Made by a program: the position numbers and the translations under genes. The notes under the pieces are model-generated. The model saw nothing but the letters and a program-made list of their open reading frames with translations. It ran no database searches and was not told the DNA's origin. This document shows positions 8,093-18,597 of a DNA stretch of 59,322 bases, one piece after another. This stretch comes from a virus (taxonomy: Duplodnaviria; Caudoviricetes), in IMG/VR virus record IMGVR_UViG_3300028197_000779, positions 1 to 59,322 of that record; one strand, given 5' to 3'. Every line of letters begins with the position of its first letter. Positions within the stretch are counted from its first letter, which is position 1.

Positions 8093-8709
8093 AGGGTTAA
8101 TGCAGTGTCTTCATAACCAAATGGTCCTTTAAGGAAATAGTTAAAGGCACACGAGTAACGATCTTCATGAGTATCACTAGGTGACACATAGTGTGGTAAG
8201 TGTGATGGGAAGATAATAATGGTCCCTTCACATGGTTCGATTGGAAACTCCCGTTGATTTAGGTAGTTGCTCTCCATGATATCAGGTTGGACCGTGCTTG
8301 TCAAGTAAGTCGGAAACATGGTTGGCATTCTCAGACGAAACTCACCGCAGTCGGGTGGTACCTTAATATACAAACAACCGCTAAACATACTATTGACATG
8401 AGTATGCTCAGCGGCGCTGTCACCAATACCATGGTGATTAATCCACGATGATTGATGTTGAATTCTGTGTTTACGACTCATTGATAATGCTTCATGCACA
8501 TATATGTCCATGTGTTGATCAACAATGTCTTTGACATCTAGATGATTAGATAACCATTGTGTGTCTTGTGACATAGATCCATTACGTTTATATGCACTGT
8601 CTAGTGACATATCCTGCATGGGTGTTCTTTCTGCTCTCTTCAATACATCAGAGTCTAGATTAACAACGTCAATATAAACTGGTTGTGAGAAGAGAGGTAG
8701 AATTTCCAT
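8089..8709 (-). CDS. 2OG-Fe(II) oxygenase, TIGR02466-like
   Basis: LFSQP; SWIN; HTH; SGCLY; IFPSHLPH; RYSCAFN. Confidence 0.85.
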   Translation of the reverse strand: MEILPLFSQPVYIDVVNLDSDVLKRAERTPMQDMSLDSAYKRNGSMSQDTQWLSNHLDVKDIVDQHMDIYVHEALSMSRKHRIQHQSSWINHHGIGDSAAEHTHVNSMFSGCLYIKVPPDCGEFRLRMPTMFPTYLTSTVQPDIMESNYLNQREFPIEPCEGTIIIFPSHLPHYVSPSDTHEDRYSCAFNYFLKGPFGYEDTALTL

Positions 8710-8864
8710 TATAAATGTAATGCATTAACTATACTTTGAAGTGAATCATTCTGCACGGTTGTCATCTGACCGTGTTTTTCATGTGCATTCTTCTGATATA
8801 AGAAGAGAGCGTGCTTTAAGATGGACTTTTCCTGCTGTGAGAGGATGGCAGACTTGTTAAACAT
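8709..8864 (-). CDS. Small hypothetical protein (51 aa, absent from ORF track)
   Basis: GGAG RBS; MFNKSAILSQQEK...; TAATG overlap with next gene. Confidence 0.6.
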   Translation of the reverse strand: MFNKSAILSQQEKSILKHALFLYQKNAHEKHGQMTTVQNDSLQSIVNALHL

Positions 8865-8902
8865 AAGTGATACTCCGACATGAGTATATTAACGTATTGT
8901 GA

Positions 8903-9607
8903 TCAGTTGTCCATGGATTTCCAAATGTTTTTCACAGTTTCAACATTTAATCCAGCGATTCCTTGATCTTCAACGGGTGGCATATTATTTATTACGTGAT
9001 CAACAAACAGTTTATGTCTAGTATCAGTATCCATATATTTGAATGCCATGATATATCTGTTAAACCTAAACTTGGGCGTTGGTGGTCTACCAGTGTGAGG
9101 AATACGCCCATCAAACATAACAACACGCCCAGGTTTAGGTGCCACGATACGTTGTGGTTCTAAGTTGTTATCATAGAATATAGTTTCACCACCCCAGTCT
9201 GGGTGCCACTCTCCATTGAGATATACCAACACAGTCTTATTATCATCTACAAAGTATGGTGCATCACAATGAATTCCTGGATTATCATTATACTTAAGCA
9301 CGTTGATATATGATGCGTAACATTCTTCGCGTGGTGGCATATCAGGCAACGTTGCTTCAAGATATGTCAACACATCTTTCCACATTGGATCATCACTACC
9401 ATGTAATCCTGGAGACTGTAACATATCAGGATCATCAACTGGACAATAATTATAAAACTGGTGTGTCCAATACATACCAGAAAGATCTAATTCAGGTTGT
9501 GATTCTGTGGGTGGCACATCAACCCTAGTATAATAATATGGGAGATGCACTACTTTACTAAACAACTCATCACTTACTAACTTAGTATCAAATACTTTAA
9601 TTGACAT
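8903..9607 (-). CDS. 2OG-Fe(II) oxygenase (prolyl-hydroxylase-like)
   Basis: HCD; YLNGEW..WGGET; PKPGRVVMFDG.IPH; RYIMAFK. Confidence 0.85.
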   Translation of the reverse strand: MSIKVFDTKLVSDELFSKVVHLPYYYTRVDVPPTESQPELDLSGMYWTHQFYNYCPVDDPDMLQSPGLHGSDDPMWKDVLTYLEATLPDMPPREECYASYINVLKYNDNPGIHCDAPYFVDDNKTVLVYLNGEWHPDWGGETIFYDNNLEPQRIVAPKPGRVVMFDGRIPHTGRPPTPKFRFNRYIMAFKYMDTDTRHKLFVDHVINNMPPVEDQGIAGLNVETVKNIWKSMDN

Positions 9608-10214
9608 AATTACCCATCACATTCATGGACATAACATATCTATCCATATTTGTGTTATTAACTTCAGTTTTATGTGTCAACCATCCTGGGAAGAATAGCA
9701 CATCATTAGTTTGCACCTCAATATACTCCCAGTCCATACCCATGTCATAATAATTATAATCAAGAGGTTCTGATAGTTTATATTGATAGTATGGATTCTT
9801 CACCATAAATCTACCACTACCTTCAGGCACTGATAGATAAGCAGCACATGCCACTTGGACATTTTGATGATGATGCTCATCAGTCCATGCACCATTGGGA
9901 TGCACATTAATCCATGACTCTGACAGCATCTTATTCATAGGAGTAAGATGCCATAGGTCCCAAATTCTATTAACACGCTCATAAAACCATGGCATAAAAT
10001 CTTCAAACTCCTCCCATATATGAGGTGGAGTGATTCTATTAATGACTACACTTGTAGTGCCACCACCTTTCTCATGGGTGACATATTTGTTGTCATCGAT
10101 CACCTGTTGTGCTGCCACCATGTGACCCATAGTTCTTGCTTGTAGTTTTGAATCTTCAAAACCAAAGTCATACTTACATCGGTGAATGATAGGAAATGGA
10201 TTATACGATTTCAT
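9597..10214 (-). CDS. 2OG-Fe(II) oxygenase, TIGR02466-like
   Basis: SWIN; HHH; FFPGWLTH; RYVMSMN. Confidence 0.85.
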   Translation of the reverse strand: MKSYNPFPIIHRCKYDFGFEDSKLQARTMGHMVAAQQVIDDNKYVTHEKGGGTTSVVINRITPPHIWEEFEDFMPWFYERVNRIWDLWHLTPMNKMLSESWINVHPNGAWTDEHHHQNVQVACAAYLSVPEGSGRFMVKNPYYQYKLSEPLDYNYYDMGMDWEYIEVQTNDVLFFPGWLTHKTEVNNTNMDRYVMSMNVMGNYVN

Positions 10215-10896
10215 GCCATCTCCTACCTTTAGGTTTCAGTGGACACATATGTTGCATTGGAATAGATACACTCAAACGTTTACCACTAGGTTGTGCTTGG
10301 TGATAACATCTAGCGGGGATGTATAACATATCACCTGCAGTCATTGTAACATCAATAGCACAATCTAGATAGTCATGCTCTGGGTTGTCATGTCTCGATG
10401 ACATTAGATTAGAGCAACGATTATTATATACTCTCCAGTGTGTCTCTCCCTCTACTTGAATAATAAAATTATTAGCATAGTCTTCATGGATTTTGAATGA
10501 TTTAGTTTCACCTATTCCAGCATATATGTGCATACTTGCCTGCACTGTAGGAAACATTTCCTCTACACTATTCATTATATTCTGTCTCTTTTGATCAATG
10601 AAATCAAACTCATTGATAATAAGATTATGACCATCATTAAACATCTCAACTAATGTTTCAGCATCGGGTGTTGCTCTGCCCCATGCTCTCTCAAATACTG
10701 GATAGTTTTCAAATGTTGCAGATATTCTATTAATAAACTGTATCTTAAAATGCTCAGGATGATTGAGACAATGCTCCACATCTTCCCAATTACAGTAGTA
10801 GTGAGGGTCCTTAACTACACCCTTCCAATGTTGTGGCGTGTCATCAGTGCTCCAGTCTTTATCAAGACTTTGTAAAATCGAATAGATCATGCTCAC
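10201..10896 (-). CDS. JmjC/cupin_4 oxygenase
   Basis: FKIHED..NFIIQVEG..HWRVY; GDMLYIP..YHQA. Confidence 0.8.
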   Translation of the reverse strand: MSMIYSILQSLDKDWSTDDTPQHWKGVVKDPHYYCNWEDVEHCLNHPEHFKIQFINRISATFENYPVFERAWGRATPDAETLVEMFNDGHNLIINEFDFIDQKRQNIMNSVEEMFPTVQASMHIYAGIGETKSFKIHEDYANNFIIQVEGETHWRVYNNRCSNLMSSRHDNPEHDYLDCAIDVTMTAGDMLYIPARCYHQAQPSGKRLSVSIPMQHMCPLKPKGRRWHEIV

Positions 10897-11515
10897 AATA
10901 AAAATTAAGATTCAATATAACCCTGAATGCATTAGTTGTTGGGTTAGATGATGAGTGGAATCGATGACCATCAAATGCAAATAGTTTATTTGCTTTCGGT
11001 GTTGATCTGAAGCACTCATTATATGACTGTGTTCTTGCTTTTGTCCAGCGTTGATTAACATCACCATACATTGGATCATCATACTCATGAAAGAATACAG
11101 TGTCACCACTGCTATCATGTAAGTAAAACAATGCAGCATAATGATCACTCTCATGATCAGTATGTGGTCCGTTATATGAGTCTTTACCGTTTGCTAGTTG
11201 TAATGCCAACCTAGCACGAAAGAATTCAACAGGATAAGGTAATGCATCACTCACACTATCTAGTAGTGGTTGAAACATAGGCAGAAATGGACTCTCCACA
11301 CCCTCCTGATCTAACAGTACATGAGTAAATCCCAGAGTCTTTTGCTTCTCTGGGATATCACCTAGAGGCACATCACCAAACTGTGCCATCGATGGTGTGT
11401 AACTAATATCCTCAGATAGAAAAAACCATGGGAATCCATTCATCCCTGAGGTCAACTTGCATAACCTCCGAAGATAACTAGGTGTTAGTAGATCGTCTAC
11501 TTGGATATATTTCAT
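10862..11515 (-). CDS. 2OG-Fe(II) oxygenase
   Basis: FPW; PHTD; FDG..FHSS; RVILNLN. Confidence 0.85.
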   Translation of the reverse strand: MKYIQVDDLLTPSYLRRLCKLTSGMNGFPWFFLSEDISYTPSMAQFGDVPLGDIPEKQKTLGFTHVLLDQEGVESPFLPMFQPLLDSVSDALPYPVEFFRARLALQLANGKDSYNGPHTDHESDHYAALFYLHDSSGDTVFFHEYDDPMYGDVNQRWTKARTQSYNECFRSTPKANKLFAFDGHRFHSSSNPTTNAFRVILNLNFYCEHDLFDFTKS

Positions 11516-12128
11516 GATAATGATTAGAAAATGCCGTTATATTAAATGATATAGAGATCCGATGTCCATCACCAGAAGATGTGCCCACGGAATGTTGTAA
11601 CCATGCTGGAAAGATTACAAGTTGATCTTCTTCTGGGAATACATCATGCTCTGTTTCATTCATGTGCTCCCACCGATGCACATTGCTACCATCACCCCAG
11701 TATTCTTTCATCTGTGAGTAATTGAGATCACGAATGAATGATAGATTACCAAAACAACAGTCAGGTAGTTTCAAATAATATACACCAGACAACACACCAC
11801 CAGGGTGTGTGTGGAGATGATTAAATGCACCTTTACCATTGATATTGATCCACATGTTGATCATTTTCAATGAGTAATTATCGAATCCAAACTCATCAGC
11901 AGCAGCATATGCTCGCTCCATGATAGCATCTCTGATAGGTTTCAATGGATTGATATCCATGACACTATCAATAAAATCTTGTGATTGCCATCCCCCACTG
12001 TTGGATTGTTTACGACCCTCAGGGTCTTCATCTTGCACATAATATACAAAATCAGTGAGAGATTCTCTGTCTATACCTACATTATCAAACTTCCAAACTG
12101 GTGTTGGAAATATCAATTCAGTTTTCAT
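11478..12128 (-). CDS. 2OG-Fe(II) oxygenase, TIGR02466-like
   Basis: IFPTP; SNSGGWQS; HTHP; IFPAWLQH; RISISFN. Confidence 0.9.
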   Translation of the reverse strand: MKTELIFPTPVWKFDNVGIDRESLTDFVYYVQDEDPEGRKQSNSGGWQSQDFIDSVMDINPLKPIRDAIMERAYAAADEFGFDNYSLKMINMWININGKGAFNHLHTHPGGVLSGVYYLKLPDCCFGNLSFIRDLNYSQMKEYWGDGSNVHRWEHMNETEHDVFPEEDQLVIFPAWLQHSVGTSSGDGHRISISFNITAFSNHYHEIYPSRRSTNT

Positions 12129-12523
12129 TCAGTTGCAGTTTCCTCCCCACCATCACTAAAAGTAAACTCACGCTCAGTAACTGTTGGATCAACATGATTC
12201 TTATACAGTGACATTGCTTCAACAGCACCAGAAAGTTTATTCATTGTATCTCTTTTGACTTGCAATTCTTCTAAAGAGATCTTTGTAATCGTAGAAGTAT
12301 AATGCATGTTATCAAGTGCTTGCTGCAGTTTGATGTATTCCTCTTTAACATCATCATACTGTTGGATGAAATTCATAACGAGTTGATCAAACGTAATAAG
12401 TCCTTCAACAGGATTTAATGCTCCACGTTTTTCTTCTTCAGTAGAAACTCCTGCCTGTGCAGCAAGATCCACTTCAAGCACATCTTGTTGTGTAACAACC
12501 ATCTGTGATTCTTCTTTTGCCAT
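12125..12523 (-). CDS. Hypothetical coiled-coil protein
   Basis: 132 aa; heptad-like middle region. Confidence 0.7.
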   Translation of the reverse strand: MAKEESQMVVTQQDVLEVDLAAQAGVSTEEEKRGALNPVEGLITFDQLVMNFIQQYDDVKEEYIKLQQALDNMHYTSTITKISLEELQVKRDTMNKLSGAVEAMSLYKNHVDPTVTEREFTFSDGGEETATE

Positions 12524-12525
12524 AG

Positions 12526-13413
12526 TTACATAAACCTCTTGATGTTTTTATTTAGTGCAAGTATTACCTTGTGGGATGCGATACGCTCCTTGAGGGTTAC
12601 CATCTCCATAAAAGATTTATGGCGTTGGTATTCCATGATAGCATTGTTTTCAAAGTCTGCCTCATTAGCAGTCTCGCAATGAAAATCAATGTTCCTATTA
12701 CTTAGGAAACTTCTATGCACTGGCACCCATTGACAGAGTGGAGTGCCTGCTTTAATCAGATACTCACCCTCTTCAATCTTATGCCAAAATAGTTGTAAGT
12801 TAATCTCGTATGAATACGATGGGTCAACTATACCCACAGGTGGTGTGAATCTATCCTCATCCCAATAAGGAATAGGCATTTGAATAAACACCAGATCAGG
12901 ATGTGATTGCACTCTCCATGGCAATTCTAGTTTAATTGTCCAGTCAAGTACATCTTTCTGTTGATCAACTAACTGACGTATGCCCTCAGTTTGCTCAGGA
13001 ATATGTGCTGACACATATTTACCTGGGGTACCTGGACCACCAGTTTGTGTGCAGAATCTCATTTGTGAGATCCACTGGAAGTTTACCCCAGTGCCATCAG
13101 TTTTGATTAGAATATCAGCAGGACATTTTAACACATAACCTGAGTCCATAACATCACGCAATGCTGGGCATGTTACAGCATGTTCGTATAACTCATGGAC
13201 GCCCTCCTGACCATTTAATTCAGCAGACATTCTCTCCCAGAGTTTAGTTACCCTGTGATATGGGCAGCGTTTCTCTTTATTCGCAGTCTGTTTTAGTGCT
13301 GCTGTCCGCCATTTACGATGCAGTTTTGCTGCAGGTATCCATGGTTGCAATTCAGCAACTCCAGGATCGACGGAATAAAACCTAACCCACGGTTTCTTCT
13401 TCTTGAAGATCAT
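12526..13413 (-). CDS. Hypothetical protein, possible dUTPase-like beta fold
   Basis: TCPA..D...SGY..P.D; GIVD; IKAGTPLCQ. Confidence 0.6.
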   Translation of the reverse strand: MIFKKKKPWVRFYSVDPGVAELQPWIPAAKLHRKWRTAALKQTANKEKRCPYHRVTKLWERMSAELNGQEGVHELYEHAVTCPALRDVMDSGYVLKCPADILIKTDGTGVNFQWISQMRFCTQTGGPGTPGKYVSAHIPEQTEGIRQLVDQQKDVLDWTIKLELPWRVQSHPDLVFIQMPIPYWDEDRFTPPVGIVDPSYSYEINLQLFWHKIEEGEYLIKAGTPLCQWVPVHRSFLSNRNIDFHCETANEADFENNAIMEYQRHKSFMEMVTLKERIASHKVILALNKNIKRFM

Positions 13414-15001
13414 AAATGTTGTCCCTCAGATACTCATAGTGTGATGGGAGTTTATCGACCCATTCCATCATTGTTTTGCGGTCTTGTTGGTATTTAGTAT
13501 GGATCTCTTTGATGGTCTCCATATGCTCTTCTAACTCTGATTCAGACCTAGCATACTTTTTCTCTTTGTACATTCCTTCCGAGAAAGGACGATAACCTTG
13601 ACCAGCACTAATGTAGATGGATCCACTTTGTTGCTCTAGGTCAATATATGCATCCTCCATACCCTCAAGCATTACAACTGTATTACCATGTGCAACCCTA
13701 GTAGAATGTCTCCATGTAGGGTCAATATCAAAGTTAATGTTAGTGCAATCTCTCCAGTATTGGTTGTCATCACGTTGACTGAGTGCATAGTGAAGTGCAA
13801 CGAAACACTTCATTGACTCAATCATGTTATCACAACTGTAGTTAAATGCATCCTGCTCCATTGTAGCATAGAATCCCTGTCTTTTCTCTAGAGTATCACA
13901 CAGTTTTAAGATATTCTCGTGAGTTGTCATCAGTCCAGTGGACTCTAGAGGTTCTAAGAATGCATAGGACAATCCAATACCCACAACATTCTTAACCCAT
14001 GCTTTATCGCGTTTACCATGTCTAATATCAATGTGATGTAGTGTAGCATTCTTAGCAATTTCAGGCGTATATCTCTCACTGAGATACTCTCTAAACTCTA
14101 CCTCTGCCTCACACTCATTGATATAATCTGATGAGTAACAATATCCTGTGCCAACACGATGCCATAGTGGGATATTCCACGACCACCCCGCATTCATTGC
14201 AACACAGTCAGTATATGTTTCCATCTGATTCTCACGATCAGAATATGGAATCTGTGTCGCTAATGCTGAGTCATTGAATAGTTTATCGTTGAATGAGATA
14301 AACTCACTACCCATGTGCTGCTCAAGTAATAGTGACTGGAAACCTGTGCAATCAATATATAAATCTGCTTTGATTAGACCATCCTGTGTAGTAACCAGTG
14401 AATCAATACTACCATCAGGATTCTTCATTACCTTCTCAATCTTACCCTTGAGATGCATCACACCATTGGGTATACAATGATAATCCCTCAGATAGTCACC
14501 AAACAATCCTGCATCAAAATGATATGCAGTATCTACATCCATAGTATATGTAGAACCAGGAATCTGATCATTAGTAATCTTACACTGATCTGCTAAGTAT
14601 GTCTGATTGTTTGCAAAGTTAGCAAATTGCTCTGGTGGATACTTATCCATACCATATTCACATTGCAACTCAAAGTATCTCATTAATGAGTCTTTATAAT
14701 CAAATAGATCAAACTGTCCGAATGGATATTGGAATCTCTCTCCCTTACCATCTCTGAAATTCTTAAATGCAATTGATGTCTTGTAAGTTGCATTACATGC
14801 AGGCATCCAGTCTTTATCTTTCAATTCTAGTCTTCTTAGGAATCGATTAAAGTGACCCAATGTAGACTCACCCACACCAATTGGTCCCTGTGCATCCTCA
14901 ATCAGACCAATTTGCATATGTGGAAATGTTTTAGATAGCATTGCTGCTGACATCCAACCACTGCTACCACCACCAACAATAACAATAGATTCAACTCGCA
15001 T
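13382..15001 (-). CDS. Flavin-dependent (tryptophan) halogenase, PrnA/VirX1-like
   Basis: GGGSSG, GVGEST, catalytic-Lys ATYK, DCTGF, WSWNIP, FLEPLESTG. Confidence 0.9.
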   Translation of the reverse strand: MRVESIVIVGGGSSGWMSAAMLSKTFPHMQIGLIEDAQGPIGVGESTLGHFNRFLRRLELKDKDWMPACNATYKTSIAFKNFRDGKGERFQYPFGQFDLFDYKDSLMRYFELQCEYGMDKYPPEQFANFANNQTYLADQCKITNDQIPGSTYTMDVDTAYHFDAGLFGDYLRDYHCIPNGVMHLKGKIEKVMKNPDGSIDSLVTTQDGLIKADLYIDCTGFQSLLLEQHMGSEFISFNDKLFNDSALATQIPYSDRENQMETYTDCVAMNAGWSWNIPLWHRVGTGYCYSSDYINECEAEVEFREYLSERYTPEIAKNATLHHIDIRHGKRDKAWVKNVVGIGLSYAFLEPLESTGLMTTHENILKLCDTLEKRQGFYATMEQDAFNYSCDNMIESMKCFVALHYALSQRDDNQYWRDCTNINFDIDPTWRHSTRVAHGNTVVMLEGMEDAYIDLEQQSGSIYISAGQGYRPFSEGMYKEKKYARSESELEEHMETIKEIHTKYQQDRKTMMEWVDKLPSHYEYLRDNIYDLQEEETVG

Positions 15002-16436
15002 ATAATGTCCTCAAATAATAATTAAGCGGTGTCGTCATAGTATCTATACCATTGTAAGGAGGGATCTCAAAGGTATTCGCACGAGCATGTTTAGGCACAC
15101 CCCCAAAGAATTCCATCTCATCTAGTATAACATCATTGAATGGATTCCATCCATGTCCTGCCATCACACACAACAATGAATCACTCTCCCATGTAATCTT
15201 GATCGGGAAGTGAATTGATTGCTCCATATAATTGATCTGAGCAGATTTAAACAGATTGTCATATGGATATCTGATATTAGAAACTGCTCTCCAATATGGT
15301 GAGTCATTGCGTTGAGTCATTGCATAGTGCAGTGCAACGAAAGATGCAAACCCATCAAAATTATAGTTGGAGTTGTTATTGAAGGTGTCTCTCATAAACT
15401 GAGTGACATGATCCTTACCTGCCATTACTCGACAGAATTGTGTCAAGAATGTATGTGTAGATAGCAGACCATTTGACTCTAGAGGTTCGATAAATCCTGC
15501 ACTCAAACCAATAGAAACAACCTTACCATTCCATATCTCTTTCTTACGTCCTGTCTTATATTCTATCAGTCTAAATCCATGCTCTTCATGATCAACTTTG
15601 AGATGAGTTGCAAACTCCTGTAGTGCATCATCTGTAGAGATGTACTTATCACAGAAATTATATCCTGTGCCAATTCTCTCCCATGTCGGCACATTCCATA
15701 CCCATCCTGATGACAATGCAGTGCAATCAGTAACAGGTTTCATCTCCTGCTCCTTGTTTATGTAAGGAAGACGTGTTACCCATGCTCTATTATTGGGTAG
15801 ATAGTCACTATAATCAATCCACTCACTATCATTCAACAGTGATTTGAATCCAGTGCAATCAAAGAATAGATCATAGTCTTCATTCAATATATCCCTAGTT
15901 ACATGCTCTTGCTCATACCTTACACCACGAGGTATTGCATAGTTTTCCTTCAACCAGTTTGCAAACTTAACTGCATCAAAGTGAAATCCTGTCTGCCTAT
16001 GAAGATTGAAGTATTCATGATCAACAGGCAGCAAATTCTTTTCAGCACAATATGCTGACACATAAAAGTCTCTGGCAAACTGATCATTAGTCCACCCACG
16101 TTGTGACTGAGCATACCACCACACATCTGGTGGGATATCGATATCAGTTCTTGGCGATCCAAAAGGATACTGCCAAGGTCTATCACCAATTTTATTAAAA
16201 TTATGAAATCTTACACTAATCTTATAAGTTGCATCACATGCAGGCATCCAGTCTTCATCTTTAAGATCTAGAAAATGCGTCCACTGTCTAAACAACTGTG
16301 TCGTAGATTCACCCACACCAACACTGGCAACTTTGGGCGATTCAATTAGGGTTATATCCCAATCAGGAAATGCTTTAACAAGAGTAGAGGCGGTCATCCA
16401 TCCAGACGATCCACCTCCAACAATACAAATTTTCAT
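14991..16436 (-). CDS. Flavin-dependent (tryptophan) halogenase, second paralog
   Basis: GGGSSG, GVGEST, ATYK, DCTGF, WVWNVP, FIEPLESNG. Confidence 0.9.
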   Translation of the reverse strand: MKICIVGGGSSGWMTASTLVKAFPDWDITLIESPKVASVGVGESTTQLFRQWTHFLDLKDEDWMPACDATYKISVRFHNFNKIGDRPWQYPFGSPRTDIDIPPDVWWYAQSQRGWTNDQFARDFYVSAYCAEKNLLPVDHEYFNLHRQTGFHFDAVKFANWLKENYAIPRGVRYEQEHVTRDILNEDYDLFFDCTGFKSLLNDSEWIDYSDYLPNNRAWVTRLPYINKEQEMKPVTDCTALSSGWVWNVPTWERIGTGYNFCDKYISTDDALQEFATHLKVDHEEHGFRLIEYKTGRKKEIWNGKVVSIGLSAGFIEPLESNGLLSTHTFLTQFCRVMAGKDHVTQFMRDTFNNNSNYNFDGFASFVALHYAMTQRNDSPYWRAVSNIRYPYDNLFKSAQINYMEQSIHFPIKITWESDSLLCVMAGHGWNPFNDVILDEMEFFGGVPKHARANTFEIPPYNGIDTMTTPLNYYLRTLYAS

Positions 16437-16472
16437 ATAATAAAGTTAAGTCTAGGACTTTAGATCACTATT

Positions 16473-16901
16473 TTACCCAGGTGGGGTCCAATTGTCAACC
16501 CAGTCTTCCCATGCTTTACGTCCTTCGAGTTGCGTATGTCTAGGATTAGGCACAAAATCAGGAATAGTGCTAGGTGAAGTTGTAGTTGCTCTTACATTAG
16601 CAACATGATCTTTCCAACGGCTGCCACCATCACCTTGATCCAAATACTGCATCTCTAGTTGCTCACCAGTAGTGCCATATCCTAGCACACGAGTAACAGT
16701 TGCACGCTCTTTAAGATCTTCAAGGTCATCTCTATGGACTGCTACTCCATTAATAATGCAGTGCTCATAGGTGACATCATCAGGAACTGGCACCCACTTC
16801 ATACTAGAGTCTGGACCTTCATAGATCTCAAACTTATCTTCTTCATCGCAGATGTCGTTTAATTGACCTGTCGCTGCGTCGCAGATTGCCCATTTAGCCA
16901 T
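16473..16901 (-). CDS. Putative tail-fibre assembly/chaperone protein
   Basis: Y...GEQL.M.Y.D...WKDHV..VR pattern of small fibre-associated proteins; follows the fibre-like genes. Confidence 0.5.
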   Translation of the reverse strand: MAKWAICDAATGQLNDICDEEDKFEIYEGPDSSMKWVPVPDDVTYEHCIINGVAVHRDDLEDLKERATVTRVLGYGTTGEQLEMQYLDQGDGGSRWKDHVANVRATTTSPSTIPDFVPNPRHTQLEGRKAWEDWVDNWTPPG

Positions 16902-16925
16902 GATAGATTAAAACTCCTTCGTTGT

Positions 16926-16932
16926 TATTTAT
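16926..16932 (-). promoter_or_regulatory. T4-like late promoter
   Basis: ATAAATA overlapping the upstream stop. Confidence 0.6.
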
Positions 16933-17741
16933 CAGCTGTAGTATTCATAAACTACAACTACACCCTCACGACCTCTAGCACCTCTATTGCCATGCTGAGA
17001 TCCGTTGCCACCTGCACCCCATGCTGCGTGAGATTGGTGTCTATGAGAATAGTTTCCCTGGTTATGTGATGATGGTTGAGATCCACCCATGAAGGAAGAT
17101 CCACCAGCGTGGTTACCATAACTATGATGAGATCCGTGACCATTGCCACCTCCACCATATACATTTAAGTTACCACCTGATCCATTACCACCAATACCAC
17201 CAGCGTGTTGTTGACGACAATTTGCGCCATATCCGCCCGATGCTGAGCAGAATGATCCAAAACTTGATGCGTTACCGTTACCACCACATCCAGCGTAGTT
17301 TGTACCACCACCAGGACTGCCGATAGTAACTGGAACACTTGAAGTATTAGTTACATCAAGGACTCTTTCTGACATACCACCAGCGCCTGCTGATTCGCAA
17401 TAACCTGATCCCCCGCCACCAGCGCCGACTACGACGACTTTAATTGATGCAACACCACTTGGTCTAGACCAAGTGCCATTAGAAGTCCATACTTGCATGG
17501 ATCTGAATCCACCTGTAGCAGAAACTGCTGCCCACTGCAGATTGCTACCATCCGTGGATAGATATTTACCACTTTGACTACCAAAGTTGGGAATCACATA
17601 AGTAGATGCCCCTGAAATACTGCCGTTGATGTTAAGGTTAGTGACCTTTAATTCACCGTTCGCAGTAATAGACCCACTATTGAGGGTAAACCCACCAACA
17701 CCAGAGGGATCTCGTACTGTAGTAACTTTTAAGACGCTCAT
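16932..17741 (-). CDS. Gly/His-rich putative fibre protein, paralog 3
   Basis: 269 aa; MQVWTSNGTW; GAGGGG runs; HGSHHSYGNH; GREGVVVV C-terminus. Confidence 0.7.
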   Translation of the reverse strand: MSVLKVTTVRDPSGVGGFTLNSGSITANGELKVTNLNINGSISGASTYVIPNFGSQSGKYLSTDGSNLQWAAVSATGGFRSMQVWTSNGTWSRPSGVASIKVVVVGAGGGGSGYCESAGAGGMSERVLDVTNTSSVPVTIGSPGGGTNYAGCGGNGNASSFGSFCSASGGYGANCRQQHAGGIGGNGSGGNLNVYGGGGNGHGSHHSYGNHAGGSSFMGGSQPSSHNQGNYSHRHQSHAAWGAGGNGSQHGNRGARGREGVVVVYEYYS

Positions 17742-17760
17742 TTCTTAATGCCTGACTTAG

Positions 17761-17767
17761 TATTTAT
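17761..17767 (-). promoter_or_regulatory. T4-like late promoter
   Basis: ATAAATA overlapping TAA. Confidence 0.6.
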
Positions 17768-18573
17768 CCGAAGAATTCTTGGACTACAACTACACCCTCA
17801 CGACCTCTAGCACCTCGGTTACCATGCTGAGATCCGTTACCACCTGCACCCCATGCTGCATGTGATTGATGTTGGTGGGAATAGTTTGATTGACCATGAG
17901 ATGATGGTTGTCCACCACCATAATATGATCTACCAGAGGAATGGTTACCATAACTGTGGTGTGATCCATGACCATTACCGCCGCCACCGTATACATTTAG
18001 GGTGCCACCTGATCCGTTACCACCAATACCACCAGCATGTTGTTGGCGACAGTTAGCACCATATCCACCAGATGCTGAGCAATAACTACCGAAAGACGAG
18101 GAGTTACCGTTACCACCACATCCAGCGTAGTTTGTACCACCACCAGGACTACCAATAGTTACAGAAACTGACGATACATTAGTTACGTCAAGGACTCTTT
18201 CGGATGTGCCCCCTGCACCTGCTGATTCACAGTGTCCAGATCCACCACCACCTGCTCCAGTAACAGTCACGATGATAGATTTGCAGTTACTAGGTCTAGT
18301 CCAAGTGCCATTAGATGTCCACACTTGCATAGATCTAATACCAGATCCACCACCAGCACCTGCCCACTCAAGACCAGATGCACCTGCTCTCAGGTATTTG
18401 CCTGCGTTACCAGACATATTGGGTATAATATAATCACTATTACCACTAATCTTACCGTTGATGACAATGTTAGAGACAGTCAACGTCCCGATAGCGTGAA
18501 TTTTACCTGTAGAAAGTAAAAATCCAGTACTATCAGAAAGATCTTTAATAGATGATACTCTAATCTGTGACAT
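17764..18573 (-). CDS. Gly/His-rich putative fibre protein, paralog 2
   Basis: 269 aa; collinear with its neighbours. Confidence 0.7.
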   Translation of the reverse strand: MSQIRVSSIKDLSDSTGFLLSTGKIHAIGTLTVSNIVINGKISGNSDYIIPNMSGNAGKYLRAGASGLEWAGAGGGSGIRSMQVWTSNGTWTRPSNCKSIIVTVTGAGGGGSGHCESAGAGGTSERVLDVTNVSSVSVTIGSPGGGTNYAGCGGNGNSSSFGSYCSASGGYGANCRQQHAGGIGGNGSGGTLNVYGGGGNGHGSHHSYGNHSSGRSYYGGGQPSSHGQSNYSHQHQSHAAWGAGGNGSQHGNRGARGREGVVVVQEFFG

Positions 18574-18590
18574 AATAGTCTCTTTTTTAG

Positions 18591-18597
18591 TATTTAT
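18591..18597 (-). promoter_or_regulatory. T4-like late promoter
   Basis: ATAAATA overlapping TAA. Confidence 0.6.
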
